From the NCBI GenBank assembly GCA_963750165.1, contig CAVVPN010000011.1, forward strand, positions 800,001 through 864,000: a DNA stretch of 64,000 nt, in the 5' to 3' direction. This document shows positions 56,578 to 64,000 of the stretch, piece by piece; within the stretch, counting starts at the first letter, position 1; each line of letters opens with the position of its first letter. The position numbers and the translations under genes are program-made. The DNA is from an uncultured Gemmataceae bacterium. Lineage in GTDB: Bacteria > Planctomycetota > Planctomycetia > Gemmatales > Gemmataceae. A model generated the notes under the pieces. It saw only the letters and a list, made by a program, of their open reading frames with translations, did not search any database and was not told the DNA's origin.

Positions 56578-57175
56578 CGACGTCCGGGCGGAGGTCGTCC
56601 AGCGTGTCGAGCAATAGTTGCAGGCCCCGATTCAGCCGCCGGTTCACCGTCGCGGTCGAGACGCCGAGCACCTGGGCGGCCTCCGCATGCGTCAGCCCCT
56701 GAATCCTCACCAGGTCGAACGCCTCGCGCTCCTGCTCCGGCAAGTCGGCGATCGCGGCGAGCATGCGGCGGGAGCCCGGCGTGAGCCCCGAGTCGCTGCT
56801 GGCCGGGGCGGCCACCAGCGTCTCGTTCAACTCCACGGCGGCCGGCTGTCCATCTAAGCGGCGGGCCATGTCATTCAGTTCCCAGCGCAGGTGCTGGCAG
56901 GCCAGGGAAAAGAACTGGCGGGGGTTCGCCGGGCGGGCCGCGCGGAGGGCCTTGAGCAGCCGCTCGACCACCGCGCCGAGCAGTTCCTCCGCCTGCACGT
57001 TCAGCGGCGGCCGCGTCAGGCGCGGGTAGCTCCGGTGCAGGAGCGCGGCGCAGAGCTGGTGCAGCCGGCGGACCGCCCGGTCCAGCAAGGCGCGGACGGC
57101 CTGCTCGGCGGGCGCGTCGCCAGCCAGTTCGTCCAGGTAGCGCTGGACGACGACTGTGGTGCGTTCCTCGTGCAT
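56573..57175 (-). CDS. ECF RNA polymerase sigma factor (planctomycete kinase-associated type)
   Basis: Region 2 and region 4 (LPEQEREAFDL...GLTHAEAAQVLGVSTATVNRR); RBS aggagag. Confidence 0.9.
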   Translation of the reverse strand: MHEERTTVVVQRYLDELAGDAPAEQAVRALLDRAVRRLHQLCAALLHRSYPRLTRPPLNVQAEELLGAVVERLLKALRAARPANPRQFFSLACQHLRWELNDMARRLDGQPAAVELNETLVAAPASSDSGLTPGSRRMLAAIADLPEQEREAFDLVRIQGLTHAEAAQVLGVSTATVNRRLNRGLQLLLDTLDDLRPDVG

Positions 57176-57376
57176 GGGGTCTCTCCTGCCGGGAAGCAGC
57201 GATGTCAGACGATTATACCAGGGGCCGGTGCAACACCGCCACGCTTAGGTGGTCGTTGGGGAGGGAACCGATAGCTGGCCGCGGGCCAGCGGATTACTGG
57301 ACGAAGGACGGTCGGGCCGGCGAGAGTTTGCGTCTCGCCAGGATTTGTTCGTCAGGAACCTTGAGAGGAGACTCCC

Positions 57377-59898
57377 ATGTTAGCAGTGCGACAACGGGGA
57401 AGCGCGATCCTCATCGTGATCGCCGCCACGCTGGTTTTCGCCACGGCCGGGCTGGCTCAGATGCCAGGATCTCCCTGGAAGAAGGCGGCACCGTTCCCGG
57501 AACCGGATGAAGAACTCTCCGGCGTCGCCGTGGGCGGCAAGCTGTATGTGATTGGCGGCTGGGGCGGCGGCAAGGGCCGGGGGGCCAACTACGAATACGA
57601 CCCGGCCACCAACAAATGGACGAAGAAGAAGTCGATGCCGCGACCCGCCCACCATGCGGCCCTGGCCGTTGCCAACGGCAAGATTTACGTGTGCGGCGGC
57701 TTCGTCGCCCCGGCGAAAAGCCCACTCCCCGTCGGCGCCGCCTGGGAACCCATTGACGACGTTTGGGAGTACGATCCGGCGGCCGATTCCTGGAAGGCGC
57801 TGGCGCCGCTGCCGGGCAAGCGCGGCGCGGCCGTGGCCGTGGCGGTCGGCGGCAAGATTTACGTGATCGGCGGCGTCACGACGGTGGAAGGCTCCAAGGT
57901 GCCCTTCTTCACGTTCATGGGACCTGCTCGCGACCTCACCACCAATGACGTGTACGACCCCGCGACGAACAAGTGGGAGAGCCGCAGGCCGATGGCGGTG
58001 GGGCGCAACCACGCATTTGCCGCTGCCGTCAACGGTAAGATTTACGTGATCGGCGGCCGCACCGGCCACGGCTTCATCATGAAGGCCACCAACACGGACG
58101 TGGTGGAGGAATACGACCCCACGACCAACACGTGGAGCGCCCCGAAGGAGCGCATGCCGACGGCCCGCAGCGGCGGCGGTTGCGGCACCGACGGCCGCAA
58201 GATTTACGTGGCCGGCGGCGAGGTGACGACCAAACAACTCATCGGCGCATACCGCGCCGTGGAGGCGTACGAACCGGCCACCGATTCCTGGACCACGCTG
58301 CCCTCCATGCCGATGCCGCGTCATGGCGTCGCGGGCGCAGTGGTTGGCAAGCGCTTGCACCTGGTGAGCGGCATGATCCAGTCTGCGGGGGCGATGGCGA
58401 TGCTCGACCCGCACCTGGAAGTCCACACGGCGGCGCATGATGTGCTGGAGCTGGCGGAGGGGAAGAACGAGTTTGGCAAAGGCAGGCTCGACCAGGGGAA
58501 ACGGAAGAATTACACGCGGTATGACATCAAGAGCCTCGAAGGCCAAAAGATGCTCGCGAAATACGAGCGGGCCGTCAAGATCATGAGGGAGTTGCCGGAC
58601 CACGATCCTCATTCCTGGAACTTCTGGTCGTACACCCACTGGATCAAGGGTCCCCCGGCGCACCTCTGGGAGAAGTCCAAGGAACACAAAGCGAAAGTGA
58701 TCGCATTGCTCCCGCCGAGTTCTCAGGCTCTGGCGGAGGCCGTATGGAACGGCTGCCAGGCCCACCCCTACAATCCGGACGACCCGGAGCAGTATCAGCA
58801 ATGGTACTTCCTGCCCTGGCATCGCCTTTACCTCTACCAATTTGAGCAGGTCGTCCGCGAGGTGCTGCGCGATGAGGATTTCTCGCTGCCTTACTGGAAC
58901 CCGGTCACCGGAGACGTCGCTGATCTGTCTCTCCCCGCCGCGTTCCGGGATCCAAGCAGCCCGCTTTATAACGGCACGCGCTTTCCCTGGGTCAATGCGG
59001 GCAAGCGGATCGATACGCCCTTCATGCATTGGCTCACCCTGGACGCCCTCAACGAGAAGCTGTACATCGACTCGCCGACCGGCAGCCTTGGGTTCTGCCC
59101 CAGGTTCGATCAGAACCCGCATTTCTTTACGCATGTCTCCATTGGTGGCGATATGGCTGACTTCGCCACGGTCGGCCAGGACCCGATCTTCTATCTCCAT
59201 CACAGCAACCTGGACCGGATTTGGGAAAGTTGGAACCGGCTCGGCAACAGCAATCCAACCGATCCCAGATACCGCAACCGCAAGTTCGCGTTCGGGGACC
59301 GGAGCGGCAAGCGCGTGGACCTGCCGGTCAGCGCAGCCGACCGTACCGCGCAGCTCGGCTACGAATACGACAGCTATGCCAGGCCGCCGAAGGCGGCGGC
59401 CACGGCGGTCGCGCAAGCCCTGCCCGCCAAGGCCGGCGGGTCCACACCGGCCCCGGCCTGGAGCCTGCCCGACGGGTCCGGCAAGAGCGTCACGCTGGGG
59501 CAGTTCAAGGGCCGGCCGGTGGTGGTGATTTTCTACGAGGGTTCCGGCTGCCTCCAGTGCATGAAGCAGCTCAACAGCTTCGCGCAGAAGGCCCAGGCGT
59601 TTGCCGACGCCGGGATCGGGCTCGTCGCCATCAGTACCGATGCGCCGGGCGATCTCAAGAATGCGCAGGAGCCATATGCGGAAAAAGGGGGCTTCCCCTT
59701 TCCGCTGCTGTCGGATGCGAAACGGGCTGTGTTCAAGGCCTAGGCTGCATTGATTTCGACAACCAGCCGTTGCACGGCACCTTTCTCATCGACGCCCAGG
59801 GCCGGGTTCAGTGGCGGGTCATCAGTGACCGGCCGTTCGACGACCCGACCTTTCTGCTGACAGAGGGGAAGCAGTCCTTGCGCGTGGCGGCCAAGTGA
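57377..59898 (+). CDS. Secreted Kelch propeller + tyrosinase + peroxiredoxin-like redoxin fusion; apparent frameshift at about 59742
   Basis: Six [12 protein letters not shown] repeats; [51 protein letters not shown]. Confidence 0.88.
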
Positions 59899-59976
59899 GT
59901 TCGGAAGGACCAAGGATCAATCAGAGAAGGCTCGTCTTTTTCATCCTTCGTCCTTTATCCTTCCAGGGAGTGTGAC

Positions 59977-61041
59977 ATGAGTATGAACAGGGCCAGGACG
60001 TTCTTGACACTGCTGACGCTGCTGGCGACGCCGTTCGCCGCGCGGGGCTGGGAGCGCGGCAAGGTCGAGCGCTTCGCTACCCTGCCCCCGGGGGAGGCGC
60101 ACCCCGAGGGTATTTGCGTGGACCGCGAGGGCAACGTCTACGTGGTCACCGTGGCAGCGAACAAACCGGACACGAGCAAGGGAACCCTGATCGTGTTCGA
60201 CGCGAAGGGGAAACATCTGCGGACGGTCAGCATCGCTGATTCCAGCAGATTGCTGCTCGACGTGCGTTTCCATCCCCAGACGGGCAAGCTCCTCGTGATC
60301 GATTACGGCGCCGCGAAGGTCCTCACCGTCGATCCCCGGACGGGCGCCTCCTCGGTGTTCATGACCGTCGCCGGCGAAAAGCCCGGTTGGCCGGACCGAC
60401 ACGATAAGCCCGGCCTTGACGGGATGACGTTCGACGCCGCCGGCAACGTGTACGTGACGGACGCGCACCAGGGCATTATCTGGAAAGTGGGCAAAGACGG
60501 CGGCGAGGCGACAGCCTGGGTCGAGAGCCCGCTCCTCAAGCCAACCAGGCCCCCGCCCGCCATCGGCGCGAATGGCCTGTGTTTCACTAACAAGCAGACG
60601 GCGTTGTTCGTCGCCAACACCGCCAACGACACGATTGTGAAAATCCCGGTGAGCGGCGCGCCGCTCAAGCCGGGCAAGCCCGAGGTCTTCGTCAACCGCG
60701 CCGGCGGCGGGCCCGACGGCCTGATCATTGACGAGCACGACAACCTCTGGATCGCGTGCAACCAGTCCAACGAGATCCTCGTGCTCGAGCCGACGCGGGG
60801 CCGGGTGATCGCCAGGCTCGGCGACTTCGGCGGGATCGACAAGGACGGCGCGCCCATCGGTTTTCTCTGGTCGAATAGCCTGGTATTCCACGGCGACGAC
60901 GTCCTCGTCACCAACCTGTCGTTCAACGTTGCCGCCTTCACTTCCCAGAGTCTGCGGACGGTCGATGGGCCGTGGGCCGACCGGGTGAAGGTCCATACGA
61001 TCTCGAAAATCAAGAAGCGGATTCCGAGCGTTCCGAAATGA
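59977..61041 (+). CDS. SMP-30/gluconolactonase-family beta-propeller protein
   Basis: PEGI, LDGMTFD, GANGL, GPDGL; signal peptide. Confidence 0.88.
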   Translation: MSMNRARTFLTLLTLLATPFAARGWERGKVERFATLPPGEAHPEGICVDREGNVYVVTVAANKPDTSKGTLIVFDAKGKHLRTVSIADSSRLLLDVRFHPQTGKLLVIDYGAAKVLTVDPRTGASSVFMTVAGEKPGWPDRHDKPGLDGMTFDAAGNVYVTDAHQGIIWKVGKDGGEATAWVESPLLKPTRPPPAIGANGLCFTNKQTALFVANTANDTIVKIPVSGAPLKPGKPEVFVNRAGGGPDGLIIDEHDNLWIACNQSNEILVLEPTRGRVIARLGDFGGIDKDGAPIGFLWSNSLVFHGDDVLVTNLSFNVAAFTSQSLRTVDGPWADRVKVHTISKIKKRIPSVPK

Positions 61042-61061
61042 CTGGAATGCGCTTGCGGGCG

Positions 61062-61117
61062 TGCGCGAAGACGGGGACTTGGCCTCAAAGCAAAGGCCCA
61101 GTCCCCGTCTTCGCGCA
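61062..61117. repeat. Inverted repeat between convergent genes
   Basis: tgcgcgaagacggggact / agtccccgtcttcgcgca. Confidence 0.8.
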
Positions 61118-61133
61118 GACTTTGAATGGGTCG

Positions 61134-62675
61134 TCAGAAATCGATCTTCGCCCTGAGGCCAAGCACGAGCGACGTCTCGGCACGTTCCAGGACGGGTGTG
61201 ATCACTTGCAAGTCCGTGGTGACGTGACACCAGGGCGTCACGGCCACGTTGTAGAAGAGTTCCAGGCCGCGCTCGTTGCGCAGGGGCACGAGAGCCGGGG
61301 CGACGTTCTTGAAGCCGTCGCTAAACCCGAGGTAGTAATAGGCGACGCCGAAGGTGTCCAGTTCGCGGGTGGGGATCGGGCTGCTGCCGCCGAGGCCAAC
61401 GATGGCCGACCAATGGATCGGGTTGGGGTTGCCATCGCTGATCCCGACGTTGCCGAACACGCCCCAGCTGCGCGTTGGATTCGTGGGGTCTACCCAGAGC
61501 GCCTGGTCGAACAAGTAGGTGACCCACCAGGAACCGTGGACCAGAGACTTCCGGGGAGATCCTTGCAACACTGGGGGAATGAGATTCAACGATTCAGGGC
61601 TCAAGATGGCATAGCGTCCGGAACTATACGCCCCCCAGACGCTCTGGTGTCCCGGCAGGCCGAAAAACTTGGTCGGTAGGCTGACGGTGGGATAGAGAAT
61701 CGCCCCGTTATCGAAGAGTACGTTGAAGCCGCTCGTGGTGGTGTCATTGTTGGTGTCGTACACCGTGAGCGAGGCCACGGGATAACCGCCCATCAGGAAG
61801 GCGGCCCCGGCCCCCATCGTCACGTAGTTCATCGTCCGTCCCAGGATCGGGTTCCAGACGAACGCGGCGTTCATGAAGCCGGCATCGAGTCCGCGCCCGG
61901 GCATGAACGGTTGCTGGACGTTGTCAATCGTATTGATCCGCCCGCCGTACACGATGAGGTTTTCCGAGAGCACTTGCGTGAACCGGACGGCGGTCAGCGC
62001 GGTCTCGTTGCTGAAAAAGACCGGATGGGCCCGGCCGATATTCACCGGCACGACCGCCCCGGTCGCGAGGTTTACGGAATCGCCGTAGACGGTTTCGCCG
62101 TGAAGGTTGACGTACAGCCCTTGCCACAGCCCGGCCTTCTGACCGTCCACGTTGAGCAGATAATCATCGCGGCCGCCAAACCGGAAGGTGTCCTGCAGGC
62201 CGCCACTGGCAGTCCCCTGGTAGTACGTGGTCGAACTGACGTCGAGCGTAAAGCCGTCGTCGCGGAGTTGCTCGCGCAGCCCACACCAGTCGCCAGTCAA
62301 CTTCGGTCGAGCATACCAGGGACCGCCGAACGGCGGGAGCGAGAAAGCACTGATCGAAGCGGCCCCAGCTCTGCCGGCGGACTCGCCGCCGGCTGCCGGG
62401 TTGCCGGCGACGTCCAGGCCGCTCCCGGTGGGGCCGCGACGGGCGCCGTCATAGGGGAATTCAAAGCCGTCGAACAGCGAACGTACGGCCGTGGTTTCGC
62501 AGGCTGCCGGGGCACCGCCGTCGAACAGTTGGAGCCCCTCGAAGGGGGAACCACCTGAACTGCTGCCGGCGGGACTGGCGGGCGCGTTGGGCGCCTGGGC
62601 CACAACGCGAAGGACGCAGGTGCACAGCAAACACAGGGCAACCAGGACTCGACGGCTGAACGTGGACATGGGCAT
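61134..62675 (-). CDS. Carbohydrate-selective porin, OprB family
   Basis: KLTGDWCGLR, ELFYNVAVTPW, C-terminal LGLRAKIDF; start uncertain. Confidence 0.88.
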   Translation of the reverse strand: MPMSTFSRRVLVALCLLCTCVLRVVAQAPNAPASPAGSSSGGSPFEGLQLFDGGAPAACETTAVRSLFDGFEFPYDGARRGPTGSGLDVAGNPAAGGESAGRAGAASISAFSLPPFGGPWYARPKLTGDWCGLREQLRDDGFTLDVSSTTYYQGTASGGLQDTFRFGGRDDYLLNVDGQKAGLWQGLYVNLHGETVYGDSVNLATGAVVPVNIGRAHPVFFSNETALTAVRFTQVLSENLIVYGGRINTIDNVQQPFMPGRGLDAGFMNAAFVWNPILGRTMNYVTMGAGAAFLMGGYPVASLTVYDTNNDTTTSGFNVLFDNGAILYPTVSLPTKFFGLPGHQSVWGAYSSGRYAILSPESLNLIPPVLQGSPRKSLVHGSWWVTYLFDQALWVDPTNPTRSWGVFGNVGISDGNPNPIHWSAIVGLGGSSPIPTRELDTFGVAYYYLGFSDGFKNVAPALVPLRNERGLELFYNVAVTPWCHVTTDLQVITPVLERAETSLVLGLRAKIDF

Positions 62676-62719
62676 GTTGCACTCTGCCGGGTTCCTGAAC
62701 CATCCGCACTCCCCTGCCG

Positions 62720-63565
62720 CTACCAACCGCTATGGGCCTTCGGAGCGGAGACGGTTACTCGCCTGGCAGGCATGCTCGTTACCGGGTCGGGTGCGTTCAG
62801 CCCGTCCGCCGGCACGACTTTGAGAATGACCTGGAAGCCAAAGCTATTCTTGCTGGCACCGTGGAAAGGCTCCCGTGAGCTGACCCATCGAAGATCGAGG
62901 GCGCCTTCGGGGGCAAACTCGGCAGAGGGGCCTCTGCACAGACACCCCCACTGGCTGCCGGTCGCCTGGATGCCGAAGACTTCGTGCAGCACGTACTTGC
63001 CCGGTGCGATAACTACAGAGGCAGGGCCTTCCCGGTTGTAAACGGACAGGTTCTCCCCGCAAGCCACGGAGCGCGCGGGCAGGGTGAGCGCCAGCAGGTC
63101 CTGCGGCCCGCACCGGACAGCGGCGTGGGCGGGGATGGAAACCGCCGCCGTCCCCCCGGGGCCCGCACCGCAGCATTTCGGGCTGCGCAGCAGGCCCACG
63201 ACGCGCGCTTCCATGAGCAGCCTGGCTGCCCGGACCTTCGGGTCGCTGACGACCACTTCAATGTCCTGCGTCAGCTCGAAGGTGTAACTGGCCATACCGT
63301 CACCGAGGGGACTGCTCGTGGCCACGACCACGCCGGTCATGGAGGTGGCAATCGTGGCGCCGGCCGGCTGGGTCACCAGGACATTGCCGCCGCCCGCGTG
63401 GGCACAGCAGGTGCGGTGGGGCGTGGCCGTGCCCTCCCCCGGCCCTAGCACCAGCTGGACCGCGGGTGGGGCCGGCTGCGGCTGGGGCGCCGCGGCCACC
63501 AGGGATGCGGCCAGCAGACCGGCAAGCGCCGCGAACCCGCCGATGACAATCCCAGTCGTCCGCAT
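62720..63565 (-). CDS. Secreted Cys-containing hypothetical protein
   Basis: RBS aggagga, signal peptide, clean ORF. Confidence 0.75.
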   Translation of the reverse strand: MRTTGIVIGGFAALAGLLAASLVAAAPQPQPAPPAVQLVLGPGEGTATPHRTCCAHAGGGNVLVTQPAGATIATSMTGVVVATSSPLGDGMASYTFELTQDIEVVVSDPKVRAARLLMEARVVGLLRSPKCCGAGPGGTAAVSIPAHAAVRCGPQDLLALTLPARSVACGENLSVYNREGPASVVIAPGKYVLHEVFGIQATGSQWGCLCRGPSAEFAPEGALDLRWVSSREPFHGASKNSFGFQVILKVVPADGLNAPDPVTSMPARRVTVSAPKAHSGW

Positions 63566-63700
63566 GCTATCCTCCTGACGAACCGGCGGGGTCGTGGTCC
63601 GCCGGAGGCGCCCTTCGAGGCCTTAGAGCGGTTCACGCACGGTTTGCGCACAAGTGGCGGCGGGCACGGGCTGACCTCCAGCGGCCTGCGCTGCCACAGC

Positions 63701-63729
63701 AAGGGGGCCAAGGGGGCCAAGGGGGCCAA
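63701..63729. repeat. Triple 9-bp tandem repeat
   Basis: aagggggcc x3. Confidence 0.8.
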
Positions 63730-64000
63730 CTTTTTCACACGTCGAGATTCGAGCCTGGGAGCGGCTCGCGCAGTTTGCAGGACGGTTCGGGAGCACTGGC
63801 CTGCCGTTCCTGGTCCACACCACTGCGAACCGCGCTAAGCAAGCCAAAGGACTGCGCATGTAAGAATGCCAAACTCTCCCCACGCAGGGGTCAGTTTCTC
63901 TATCTACCCCGCTCATTCTGAACTGGGTTCCACTCCGTGATCGACGCTGACGTGACGAGGGAGCCAATCATTCCACTTCATCGGTCAGGCGGCGGGCGAG

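Noticed and set aside
59741..59743. TAG read-through (pyrrolysine) in the redoxin domain
   Set aside because: The continuation is in another frame; restoring one base gives FKAYGC

Overview
GC-rich accessory region that looks like a planctomycete (Gemmataceae-like). The assignment is inferred from the LERLEDRLTPS export motif, DUF1552/DUF1592, PVC-type CxxCH proteins and an ECF sigma + Ser/Thr kinase module. The region carries large secreted or periplasmic proteins, hydrolase/MarR clusters and many mobile-DNA layers. The best finding is a group II intron (8973-13467, minus strand) whose RT gene is split by a 2460-bp large-serine-recombinase element. Removing the element at an AA/TT dinucleotide restores the RT frame. 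Circularising it creates a symmetric attP-like site and joins an RBS+ATG at the right end in frame to the otherwise headless small ORF at the left end. Other features: a ~6.8-kb insert between duplicated DUF1592/DUF1552 junctions (DUF4365 pair, IS, MITE, AbiGi-like pair), an attC-like site between two candidate defence genes, two IS4-like MITEs with 11-bp TSDs, a tRNA-Phe 3' fragment (att site), and a Kelch-tyrosinase-redoxin fusion. About a dozen apparent single-base frameshifts suggest long-read indel errors. All family names come from motif recognition by eye, not from database searches.
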